From Neoechinorhynchus agilis (Eukaryota > Animalia > Acanthocephala), in assembly GCA_051530055.1 (NCBI GenBank), contig CM121341.1, forward strand, positions 15,912,784-15,976,783: 64,000 bases of DNA, read 5' to 3'. This document shows positions 11,069 through 22,786 of this stretch, piece after piece. Position 1 is the first letter of the stretch. Each line of letters begins with the position of its first letter. The notes under the pieces were generated by a model that ran no database searches, was not told the origin of the DNA, and saw nothing but the letters and a program-made list of their open reading frames with translations. Both the position numbers and the translations under genes were made by a program.

Positions 11069-14000
11069 TTATTTAATAGAAGGATTAAGACGAAGTTTAA
11101 TCCATTCGCTCTGTAAAAACTTAAAACGTTCCTTATTCAGGTACAATGCTACTTGTCTAGTAAACGCATAATCAGCTTCGCCATTTATATCTATATACAA
11201 CGCTCCTAAATTCTTTGACGCTCCTTCCAACGTAGAAATAGATACAGCCGAGTTTCTCACGTTCATTTCGATTCCAAGGTGAGCACAGCAAACTTTATTT
11301 GCGTGATTCAAAGAAGTTTTCTTCATTTGATTGCAGCAGAAGATTTTGGACGGTTGATCAACTGATACAAATGGAACGGAGCATACAAGACAGAGTCTAG
11401 TTACATTTCTGTTCCATTTCAGATGATCGGAGAATGGCATATGTTCGCATTGTGGACATTTAAACTGAGCTACATTTAGATGCAACATATCCAAGGTTCT
11501 TGGTAGTTGGGCTATCTTCGGTTTAAGAAGCGATCGTGCTGCCAATCCTTGAAAGGTCGTAGCGACACTCAGAATCTTTAGAACGGATTCATCGCATTTT
11601 TTTGCACTGATTTGATTTATCCAAAACCAACATTTTGCATTTAATGCCGAAACAGTTATACTACCGTTCACATTTAAACCAATAAATTTACACAATGTTT
11701 CGAACGCTTCGTGTGAGCATTGATTATCGTTAAGAATGATTGATATATATTTCTCGGTCATTTGATTCCAGTTATCTCCTAGAAGTGAAAATTTTAGATA
11801 AGCCAAACCTGCGACGATTTTAAATTGAAGCGCTAGGATATGATCTTTGCTGATTGTGTTATAGATTTTATTTTTCCTTTCAACGAACCCGCACATTTTT
11901 AAGTTGCTTTGCAACTCTTTAAGAAATTGACGAATTGTATAACTTTTGTCATTTTTAAGATCATATTCGCTTAATGCGATGGCCACTAAAGACTGAACAA
12001 GACCCAATTCATAAATAGAGCCTACGTGCTTCTGGAAAGCATCCAACGGATTTTCATCGCTCAATATAACGAGATTAATTATTAAAATAAGCGGATCGTA
12101 GAATATTATAGGCATAAATGGTGAAACCTCATCGACTTTTGATTCAATTGCATATAAGCTATGTATAAGATAAGTAAAATGTTCTTTTGCGAGATTACTT
12201 GTTTTACGAAATAAGTAAAAAAGATTTCCGAGGAATATTAGACATCGACGCGATTCTGAATTAAAATCTTGTAATAAGTCAGATTCCAATTGGTTTCGAA
12301 TAAAACCAGCTAGATTGACGCCTTTGGTATAATCATCGTTTCCCTTAACATTCTCTTCTATAAATATATCTGCAACATCCGAGCTATCGGTCATTGAAGC
12401 GTTTGGAACAACTGTGTTGCAACGACGACCACACATTGGGCAACATAATCCTTCGGATAAGAATCTGTATGAGCACTCTAAGTGTACATGGTGCCCACAC
12501 GATTGGAAATGAAGGTAATCACTAAAATCACAATTGGTAAGATCGACGAAAAAAGATACTGGTTTCGCGATTGTGCAGTCATCATCAATTAAATCATCAA
12601 CGTGTTGCTTATTCACCGGAGATGACTTCAGCCTTTCGTCTTTTTTTCCTGCTTCACCGACGGGAAAAGAACTTTGGTTTGATGACAAAAAGTAAGAGCT
12701 TGGGAACGAATCGTCAATTACAGGAATTCCTACGAAATCCTCTGATTCAGTTACAGTTGTTTCCGATTGATCATCATCCCCAAAGCATTCACTTAAAGGG
12801 TACAAATCAAAGATAGTTCGGATCGGAAGGACGAATCTTTGCGAACTAGTACCAAGAAGATTCTCCAATTGTGCAGAATCGCTCTCCTTGTTAAGTGTAG
12901 ATGTATGAAATGTAGGTTGAATCTCTTGACTGCTGTGCAATATTTCTTCTAATTTTTGGGATGTTTTGGACGGTGTCTGCAAATCGACATGCGATGCCAG
13001 AGCAAAATCGATCAATCGTATTTCAAATTCCTTGTGCAACTCGTTTAAATTGACAATCTCTGTGTTTTTTCCGTCAGTAGTCAAATTAAGATATTGTCGC
13101 GATGCCAAATCAGTTTTTTGTTTGTATGACAAAATTCCGAATGGTTTATCGTCTTTGTAACCTTGGCAAATTACACAGCATTGTGTTTCGTCGAATGTGC
13201 ATTTGTTTTTCAGAAATTGCCCAAGAATACTATCCTCCGCTGAAACCAACTTTTCCTTTTTTAATTCATTTGAGGTACTGGATTTCTCAATTACGGATAT
13301 AGCGGATGGGATCGTGTTCAAGCAATCATATAGGTAATCTTCGTTTCCACTAAGTTGCAAAACAAGTCTTATAAGGTCACACAAATGAGATATCTCTGTC
13401 CACACCTGAAGCCCCGGTCTTATTTCAATTGGATTTTCGTTAAGAATAAGCGTCTTAACTCTATCCTGATCAGACAAATCCATCAGTGCTTCATCTATCT
13501 TCTTCGCGCTAGCTGTGGCTAATAACTCCACGAGTAAGCAAAAAATACTTGTTTCGCTTCCATAAACTGATACCTTTTGTGGTTGTGACTCTATGATTAG
13601 ACAAGTCTGTGTGGACTTCTCAACCATCGGAGAATTGAATAACGGATCGTCTTCTTCGAAACAGTCATATATATAGTCCTCAGAAAACGGCTTACAGTGT
13701 TCGCAGGGAGATGATTCTGTGCACGGACCCCCAAGACTCATTGTTCCTTGAAAATCAGAATCTTTGACTCGCTGAAGCACATTAGTTAATACATCGTCAT
13801 TTTCGTAGACACAATAAAGGTCCTCTAGTGCTTTTTCACGGATAGAATATTTATCTCTGGTTTTGAGAGCGATTCGCAATAGATTTATCAATAGATAGAG
13901 TACGTTTTCGTGACCTTGACTGCACTTGGGATACGCGCGTAGGATTAAAAATATTAGCTGGTGAAGATATCTGGAGTTGACAAGCTTATTGCAATGATCA

Positions 14001-17000
14001 TTATGGACTGGCAAGTCCGGTAGCCATATATTTTTTCGTGTATGATCAGGCAAATCTGGAATCATATCGCTAATCCATTTCGTGTAATTTAGAATCGCTT
14101 TCGAATAATCTAGAGGATTTCGAGCCGTTCTGTAAAGAGTAAAAAGAGCATCGAACGAATCTCTATTTTTGAGTTTGTAGAAGCCATTAATTGCAACAGT
14201 GGTATTCACTGTAGGAGGCATGTAATCAGCAACCTTTTCTAAAGTATTGCGCAGGTTTTGACGACATTGTTTTGAACACCTTGAATAAGTAGGTAGAAAA
14301 TCTTCGATTTCTGAGAATGTCTTGTCACCAATATAAAGGGCTGTCGTTACTTCCTTTTCGTGTTCGTTAAGGTTATAAGGATTTAAAGACACGGGACACG
14401 TTGTAAGTTGAGCAATAAGAGTCATGAAAGATCTCACGTTGTTGTAATGGTTTGGCGACGAAAACTTTGTATCTCCAAACGTCCCATTATTGATTGATCT
14501 TACGAGAAATTCAGGATTTTGCAAATAATCGTACAGCAGTTTGAATCGGCGAAAAAACGTTAAAATGAGGTTTTCCGTAGGTAATCTGGAACATATAGCT
14601 CGAATTAGGAATCTGTCTTGGTCAATAGGTGCGCTAATATCAGGTGATTTGCTTCGAGTGTACTTTGAGCAATTCCATTTGATTGCAGGATTAAAAGGTT
14701 CCTCGGAAACGGCGCATTGGAGTTGAACTGGATGAGCTAAAATACGTTCCAAAAGGTGTATATCTACCTTCAATTCATCGAAAATCTGGCTAAGTGAAAG
14801 CTTGAAGTGTTCTTTTAAAACGAATATAAGATTAGATAATAGCCGGTGCAGTGGAAGATGGAATGTTAATGAAAAATCAAGAGCGTCGTTCGCTATGCCA
14901 ACGTTTTCATTTTCGAAGTCCATGAGATTGCAATTGAACCCTGCTTGCTTGCACCAATGGTCAATTCCTTTTAAGACTTGCGCGAGTGCGCTGATGATTT
15001 GCTTGATCTTTAGATTGTAATAAATCGATTCGAGCAATGTCTTAATGGGCTAATATGCAAAACCCCTTTATCAAAAGCGTTTCTTTGTCATAAATAAAAA
15101 CTAAAAATATTACTTCTTAGTTATGGCAAAAGACGTAAAAAATGAATTTGATGCACATGAAGTATTAGCAAATAAAGAATTTAAAGAGTTGTACCGATTT
15201 AAAACAAATGTGCTGGGCGAGTCCGCCCTTAAACCATGCGACGAATTGGTCGTCAAAAGATGCAGGCGGCCAGAGGCAACTGTAGTAAGACTTTCCTCCC
15301 AGGATAAAAATGGCTGTCCAGCGAGGGTCGTGATTTAAGCTGTGAAAAGAATTAAATTAATAAATTAGAAAAATAAAAATACTTGTTCAGACACCTTAAG
15401 AATAATTTAAAAGAAATTTTACGAACCTTAAAACTAAGAATCGATTTTGCAATTTTTCAACAAAAAAAGACATTCGCGAGTTTGACTTACTGACCGAAGG
15501 CTGTATGCTTAGAGCATCAACCCTTAATGTTTTTAGTATTGAAACGACAACTTCATCATTTAAGTGGAAACTCGTTTTCCAAGCCAATCTCTCAGCGACT
15601 GAGATTGTATTCGGTAAAGAATCATCAAGCTTCTTGAATCCACCGGTATAAATCATTCCTTGAAGATGCACTAAAATATCTACCCACATTGCGAAAAAAT
15701 TCTTTTGACCTATAAAAATTTCAGTTGCATTTGAGTCACCTAATACACATCTCAACTCCTTAAAGGTTTTCGATAACAGCAGCATTTGGGAGCAACTTGG
15801 ATTGAGTACCATTTGCAGAGGTTTTGTGAACAATGATCGACCATCATACCTGACTGTGGCCGGCACAAGGCAATTCTCGCATTCGATGAAGCATTCTTTG
15901 CAAGAGTATAAAATAACATTGAAAAGATCAATCAACATTTCCTTTTCCTTTATAATCGAGATATTAGAAAAAAGGATAAAACTGAACAAAGCCTTATTGT
16001 TTACAGCCTTTTCATCCAGAGTTTGTCTTAGAATTCGTTGAGCCAGTAAATACCACTTAATATATTCTCGAATAAGAGGAATCCTGATACATTTATACAT
16101 AGAAACCCCTACAAGTAGATGACTTAGGTTCTCTGGGAAACCCGTCCTACAGCTCCAGTAAATCAGTTCGCTCAAAATGTTCTCACATTTGAAAGGTTTA
16201 AGTTCTGGTAATCCTTCGATTTTGCACACTTCTAAAGAATGATCTCTTATTCGGTTGCAAGCAATATCTTCTATCTTTCTGTTTAACATTAAGCAAATGA
16301 TGGTACTTGCTAGCGATGAGCCGAGCCTTGAAATGTCTGATAATAAGCTGAGAATAAGATCGTTGAGCTCTAAACCATTTAAAATCTCATACGTTTCCCT
16401 TTCACATAGATACGTATTTTTGTACAGATCTATGACTATGAATCTCCACGGTTAAAAGACTTCATATTATAAGAATCAGTGAATTTTTAAAAGTCAACAA
16501 TGATGCATTCACTAATACGCCGAAACTGTCGCGCTCAGTCGACTAGAGCGACGTTTAATATTAAAGTTACATTTACTTACGATCATACCTAAAATATTGG
16601 GTAGCGAAGAAAACTTATCTCTAACAGAACTCGGGGGTGAGGTTTCGAACTATTAGCTTTTCTAGCCCCCATAAAGATCCATGAATGTATGATGTGAAGT
16701 AATTCTGGCTTAGCGAGAGATTCGCTCGAAAAACCAAGTTTAAATTTGTGCGTGAAAGTCGCTGGATACCATAATGGCATTGTTGATTCACCGAACTTCT
16801 GTACGTATCTAAAGACGGCGCTCTGCTGAAGAGATCGTATTTCCGATTTCTGTCGTTCATTCAAGTTCAACATGTTCATAATACGTAGATTTATAATTAT
16901 TACTTCAGCTAATTCTACTAAAATCGGTTTCATGGTCACCATAATCATTTCTAGTTCCTTAGAAGATAACCTATGTGCTTCATTTTTTCTTGAATGGAGA

Positions 17001-17548
17001 AAACAACTAAAATTGGCATTAAACTTTTCTCGGTCGCCGCATGAACATATTGTGTAGTCATCCATTTGCAAATATCTATAATCATGAAGAAAATGTCCGC
17101 CGTGCTCAAAGCAATTCCTGCAAAGAAAACCCTGACGCTTCGTCTCACATGAGCGACAGTTGAATGCCAAATTGTCAAACTTCAACACAGTACCACAAAT
17201 GCGATCCTTCGCTCCGATTCTAGTACACAACTTGTCAAATACCGTGAAAATATATTCTGCGTGGACCTTTATGTTTTGTTCCTCGGTGCAGAGGTTAGAG
17301 AACGCTGTATTTAACAGTAGACGATCATTGGAAAATTCCGATATGGCCCATCCGGAACATAGATAAGCTTCCAGAAGAGCGATTCGAGCAGTCAGTTGGC
17401 CGTAACAAAGAACTCTTTTCACGAGCTCATTCACCTTACTTACATCATACCCAATTGAACACAAGAACGCAAAATAAGACGGAGAGGCTAAACTCATCTC
17501 GTTTTTATCATCTGATGTGTTAACGTTTGTCCAATGAAAGTTTTTCAT
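11069..17548 (-). CDS. UBR3: UBR-box/RING E3 ubiquitin ligase, UBR3-like; predicted exons 17548-16688, 16430-15504, 15010-11069 (~1900 aa)
   Basis: UBR box (CGTVLKFDNLAFNCRSCE...LCRNCFEHGGH...CSCGD); UBR3-like LSELIYW...FPENL and LTFHLPLHR; RING-H2 CVICQ...CGHHVHLEC...CPMC; C-terminal LYIDINGEAD...LYLNKERF. The exon junctions are non-canonical (see findings) and the second is tentative. Confidence 0.85.
15011..15503 (-). other. Candidate non-canonical stem-loop intron in UBR3-like gene (boundaries tentative)
   Basis: End regions pair (minus strand CTCGCGAATGTCTT with AAGACATTGCTCGAA). The TA...TA join ATA|AAG is in frame; an alternative in-frame join (GTC AGT|TAC) also exists. Confidence 0.5.
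16431..16687 (-). other. Non-canonical TA-flanked stem-loop intron in UBR3-like gene (257 nt)
   Basis: TCATA direct repeat at both ends; 14-bp uninterrupted stem AUGGAUCUUUAUGG/CCGUGGAGAUUCAU set 5 nt in from each TA; the join gives ...LLHII|DLYKN... in frame. Confidence 0.7.
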
Positions 17549-17949
17549 CGCTATCTTCCTTTAATAGTAGCGTTTCGCAGCAGGTTACCATAGTGACACA
17601 GAAAAAACTTGCAGGCTTATTTCGTCAAATCGTTAGTTTTTAAAATCATCATAAATTGCTATTAGCGTATTAAATACAATTCAATATCTTGAGTATTATT
17701 GTTACGTTTTTAATAAAAAAATTGTTTACCGGATGAAAACCTAAGCAGTATTTCTAACATATACCGTGATACCTCACATATCGACAACAACAAGGATTTA
17801 TTCGTTAGGAATCGCAATGCATTTACTTTTTTTCAACAGGGATTTATTCTTTAGGAATCGCAATGTATTTACTGCACATATCGACATTGCAATATGTTCA
17901 GTTATATAAACACGTTTTATTGATTTAGAAAAACGATCCATACACTTGC

Positions 17950-18830
17950 CAGCATCTATCTTTGCTGAAGTTGTCTGGATGTCGGATGTTGAGGCAGGGA
18001 GGTGGGATTTACCTTTGGGGTTATACAGGAGAATGACAGATTAGGAGCCTTTCCTTGTTCTCCGGTTATTAAGGAAAGATTGGGCTTGAGGGAAGAAAGA
18101 TTTTTGGTAGAGGGTGGTATGAGCGAGGGGGGGATGAAAAAGGTTCGGGTTCCGGGTGTTTACTAGGGACGAGTATTTAGAGATGAGGGAAGAAAATTGT
18201 GGAGGGGGTTGAAGAAGACGGAGGGCGTTTTTGGAGAAAATGGAGTGGAGGTGGGCTTCGAGGGGAGGGAGTGAAGTCCCGCATATTCTCGCTGCTCTCT
18301 TGTGGAAGGTTTCGAGGGAATGTAGAGCATTGTCGGAAAGGGCGAGGAAAGTGGGTAGGCGTATGTAAGGATAGGGAGGGTGGCCGAGAGATAAAAGTGG
18401 GCAAGGTGTTCAGGGGATACGCCGAGACGCCGAAGGAGTTTGAGGAGGTAAAGACGAGGGTTTGCTTTAGAGAATGTAAATGAAATGTGGGCATCCCATT
18501 TAAGGTTTTCTTGTCGAATGTAAGATCAAGATTTTAGACAGAGAATATCCTTTTTCATACGCGATATTTCTACGAAGAACAAAGAATCAATGTTGAACCT
18601 GATAACAGAATTAATCTGTAAACGTAGGAATTAATGTCGATTTATGGGTTATTGATAATTGTAAAACCTGGCGATATGTTGATGACACGTTCTTCATCAT
18701 CGAAAATAACACAGATGTTAAAACGTTAAATGAACTGTTGGATTCGAGACACAGTAACATAAAATGGGCTGTAACAGAAGAAGAGAGTGAACAGTGAACC
18801 ATCAATTTCCTAGATGTTACTGCTAGTCGT
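17950..18830 (+). mobile_element. Decayed Penelope-like element fragments (endonuclease tail followed by an RT piece)
   Basis: WRYVDDTFFIIE...INFLDVT (PLE RT YVDD motif) at ~18670-18830; EHCRKG and GHPI...ILDRE remnants upstream; strongly G-rich at 17950-18480. Confidence 0.7.
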
Positions 18831-19039
18831 CGCCTACCTTCTTTACAAATGATAGAAACAAGCGTGTTCATACCGACGACACCGATGCTGTCTACTCGCT
18901 TCGCTCGGGAACGGCACGTTCCTCGCTTCGCTCGGAACCAGGATACTAGACAACAATATGAAGACGGAAACTTGTCGTCCAAAACGAGTCAAGTGAAAAG
19001 ACCAAGGAAACGCCCAATGTTATCGGGACACCAGGCCTA

Positions 19040-21170
19040 AATTCTGTTCATCAAATCACTGACGCAGACACCTTGAACGCGCCACTTTTCGATCGCACTC
19101 AATCTCAGAAGACCAACGCTGCCGGGCTCCCACGCGTCTCTACCGATGTGTGTTTGCGTTAAGTCTTTTAAATGAAGCAATTTGGGGGTTTTGTTTGCCC
19201 ATGGTCCCGGGATCTCCGCTGTAGCGGGTCTTGTTCTCCACCACAATCAACCGATCTGTTTATGCTTAAGACCTCTCAGATCACCACTGACTCTATTTCG
19301 ATACCTGATATCGTGCGGTTACTGCCCAAGAAAGTCCTGAAGCGGATCCAAAAGGGCGCACGATATCAGGTCGGAAAAGCATTTACGGGATTGCTCAACG
19401 ATTGCCTCCAAAAGAACTGTGCGCCATCATGGACACGGCTTTTCGCATTCCCGCTCTTAGTCTTTTGCACCAGTGATGATTCTGGGTGTCTTTGACATCA
19501 ACAATCAAGGAAAGGGTGGCCTCCTTCGAACAGATATTTAACAATTTCGAAATGAAATTTCGCGAGGTTCGTAAGGGACGCATGAAGGAAGGGTCTCGTT
19601 GCCGTTTTTCAAAACGATCACTGACTGAACGTGTCTCTTCGAAGCTTGCGGACGGGGTGCGACACTACAAATACTCCGGTCAAAACACCCACGCAGTAGT
19701 GGCAGTTTTGAAATCCCACCTCCTCCCATACAAGACAAGACACCCAATCAAATTTCAGAGCTAAAAAAGGCCATCTCATCTTTTGCAAATGGTTCGGGTC
19801 ATGGGCTTGACGAGCTAAGGCCTCAGCACCTAAAGGACATATATCCTTTACAACTGGTGAAGCCGCTCTCTCTTTAGAAAGTGCGCTTTCTCGGGTAGTC
19901 CACCGCCTGACTGGGGAGGACCTGAATCCCGTTGCAAAAGACCTATTTTTCGGAGCATCATTATGTGCCCTCACAAAAAAGAAGGTGGGATTCGTCCCAT
20001 CGCCGTATCTTCGACGATACGTCGACTAGCAGGAAAAATTCTCGGTAAAAGTAACACAGGGAAAACCGGGCAGCAACTTCGCCCAGTCCAACTGGGCTGC
20101 TGCACATTTTGCGAGGCGGAAGCTATTGTCCACGCGCTCCGAAACTTTACTACGAGGAGTTCAGAGCCGTGCGTGATTCTTAAGTGCGATTTTCAGAACG
20201 CCTTTAACTCTCTCAATAGCGAAAGCATGTTCTGCGCAATTAAGGATCACGCACCAGAAGCCTTCCAGCATTTTCTCAATTCCTACGGGACCGCGATTCT
20301 TTTGCTATTCGAAGACCACCTAATTTGGTCCGAACGAGGAGTGCAGCAAGGAGATCCTCTCGGTCCAATCGCAATCTCCCTAACGGTACATCCAATAGAG
20401 CACTCTCTCCATTCTAGCTTCAACGCTTGGTACTTGCATGGCGCTACGCGCGAAGATGATCCCTCCGTTGTACTGCGCGATTTGGAGACGCTAATTAGGG
20501 AGACCTCGAGAATGGGCATTGAGCTCAATGCTGGAAAGTGTGAGCTTCTAGTATTAAATATCGAAGACGCTGCCAAAGTCAAGGAGCTAATGGATGAGTT
20601 CGAGGCCGTAGCTCCAGGTCTGAAATTCGTGACTCCAGAGCAACTCAGCCTCCTGGGTAGTTGCGTCTTCGATTCAAATGTGGAAGATGAGATCGGCCAT
20701 ATCATACCGCAACTTTCGTTGCTGTGCGATAGGGTGTGTGCTCTCTCGGCTCATGAAGCCTTGTTTCTCATAAAGAACGCGCTCTTCATCCCCAAATTGT
20801 TATATAAGGTCCGCACGGCAACATTCTTCAAACATAAGGAAGGATTGGCCAAGCTCGACGACAAGGTGGGGGCTTGTCTAGAGCGTATTTTAATTGTCCA
20901 GCTCTCAGATGAGGCGCGGCGACAAGCTTCACTACCTGTGTCATCTGGGGGACTGGGCATTCGGGCGCTAGTAGACCTTGCCTTGCCAGCCTTTCTTGTT
21001 ACCAGTATCGAAGAAAATTCTGAGAGAAAAGTTTTGTCTTGACCAAGACTTTGTGGTGGCAGTTGAGGAATGGTGCCAACAGACAGGCGCTAACCATGTT
21101 CCCGTGAATGGCCTCAGACAGTCGATCTGGGATAGACCTCTCGTCGCGAGAGCTCACAGCTCTCTACTTT
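19040..21170 (+). mobile_element. CRE-clade non-LTR retrotransposon, frameshifted and 3'-truncated
   Basis: KKEGGIRPIAV, LKCDFQNAFNSL, GVQQGDPLGP and degraded WYLDD RT motifs; the 3' ~900 nt closely resembles the inverted copy at 34727-35640; ends abruptly at the PLE fragment. Confidence 0.9.
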
Positions 21171-21189
21171 CAGAAACCAAACTTAGCCC

Positions 21190-21800
21190 AGTTTTCTTCG
21201 CGTTGATCAACAAACACTCCGGATTCATATAAAATATTTGCAGCAGTGTCCCTGTTTCTGAGAGCTATAAAATATGCTCAACTTACATGTTAGGACAGGC
21301 TAAAATACGCTTGATTACTCAAGCTCGGGGAGCAATTGGCTATCCCGAATCGGCGATAGGAAGAGCTTTCCACAAGGCAAAGAACGTCGCAAATAGACAT
21401 GAGAAAATACTCCTGACATGTACTGGGAATGACAAGCCCAAATATATAGGGGTAAAATTTGTGGACAATGAAATTCGATCGAACCTAAGACGGGATTTTC
21501 GTGACCTGGACAAGACGATCATTTTGTATACTATAAAAGGGTGGCAACCTTGTAGGCATCCGTAAAAACAAGCCAAAATATGAGCACCATGAAGTGGTAT
21601 ATGAGGTCCACTTCAAAGACTGCCCATCAAAATATGTGGGACAGACCAAACAGGGACTTAGCAAAAGGAAATCACAGCACAGATATGTATGTAGGTGTTA
21701 TGACTCTTCTTCAGCCTTATCAATTCAAGCGGTGAATTGTGGACGTCAAATTGATCTGGATGACCCGAATGTGACTAGCACAAAGCCATAATTACGAAAT
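21190..21800 (+). mobile_element. Penelope-like element 3' fragment (GIY-YIG)
   Basis: VYEVHFKDCPSKYVGQTKQGLSKRKSQH...SSALS...GRQID: PLE GIY-YIG endonuclease motifs; frameshifted. Confidence 0.8.
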
Positions 21801-22159
21801 CGTTTGATGATGGGCCAGCATTAGTTTAAAATTGCCATTGAAAATGCAATGGTGCTCTGGCTCAAAGGTTCTAGTGGACCATGAGTCCAGGAACGGTAGT
21901 TTGACGAACATGCTTGCCCATTAAGTACTAGTCAACAGGATAACGTCATAATGTTTGTGTTTTAGATGACAGACCTTGGGAAATATCGGAATTATCCAAT
22001 GATATATCGGAGATAAATTAGTGAACTTAAATTTGGGGTGACAAAACTACCAAAAGAAAGTATCTTTTCCCGACGATAATAATCCAAGGTATAAAAAGAA
22101 AAATGGTTACATTGAATAGATGCGCAATTCGTATATGGAGACTAAAACTATAGTACTAA

Positions 22160-22355
22160 GATTTCATTCTTATCCTTTTCTTAAGAAAACCATTTTAAAG
22201 TCGTTTTAAAAGTCGATGAGGTAAAATGCTACTGATTTAAACGTCCAACAGATCGTTACGGTTTATGTAATCTTCATTTAACTTAAAATACACCGATAGG
22301 CAATTTTATCTTTATATATCTTTATTCTTAGAAAGCTTTGCAAAGTTGCTATTTT
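22160..22355. repeat. ~200-bp dispersed AT-rich repeat (second copy 26216-26410; mirrored at 56421-56615)
   Basis: Shared blocks TATCCTTTTCTTAA.AAAACCATTTTAAA, GATGAGGTA.AATGCTACTGATTT, TTTATGTAAT..TCATTTAACT.AAAATACA, AAGTTGCTATTT; diverged copies. Confidence 0.75.
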
Positions 22356-22409
22356 ATTACAATCTGCGAATTAAACTTCTCGGTATGATATTCCGGAAAA
22401 TTTTGTTGT

Positions 22410-22620
22410 CGATCCGTCGTGGTGCCCTCGGACCAAAAACAGCAGAATTCTTATCCAAGGTTTGAAAGTTTATGGCCGAAGCCAACTATTTTTTATGAGA
22501 GAATCAGCTGTGCAATTCAAAAAAGGAATGCCGGATGCATCCTCGAAGCAATGGAGGATAAAGGTGTTCCTTCGTTCACATCGGAACTTTTATAAATTGG
22601 AAAGATGGCTTGTAAAAGAA
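22410..22620 (+). mobile_element. 3' end fragment of a second CRE-like family
   Basis: GALGP...SQLFFMRESAVQFKKGMPDASSK remnant, similar to 49560-49690 and to the RLE C-terminus (FLRQNISLAVQRGNAA). Confidence 0.6.
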
Positions 22621-22786
22621 AATGAATATAATATCAATCAGTTGTTTCTATCTAGTATTTGTTGTTTGCTTCGTATTTAACATTGTTTGTATACATGGCA
22701 AATAGGCGAGCAAAAGATCCTAAGAATAAGGTACAATGTAATAAAAAGGTTGTTATTTTCGAATCACCTTCTCGTATACATTTTCG

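Noticed and set aside
11069-15037. Ciliate germline DNA with a variant genetic code as the explanation for TA-bounded inserts
   Set aside because: Kilobase ORFs are open in the standard code and end in TAA/TAG/TGA, and the gene set is animal-like. IES-like excision remains possible as a mechanism, but not because this is a typical ciliate.
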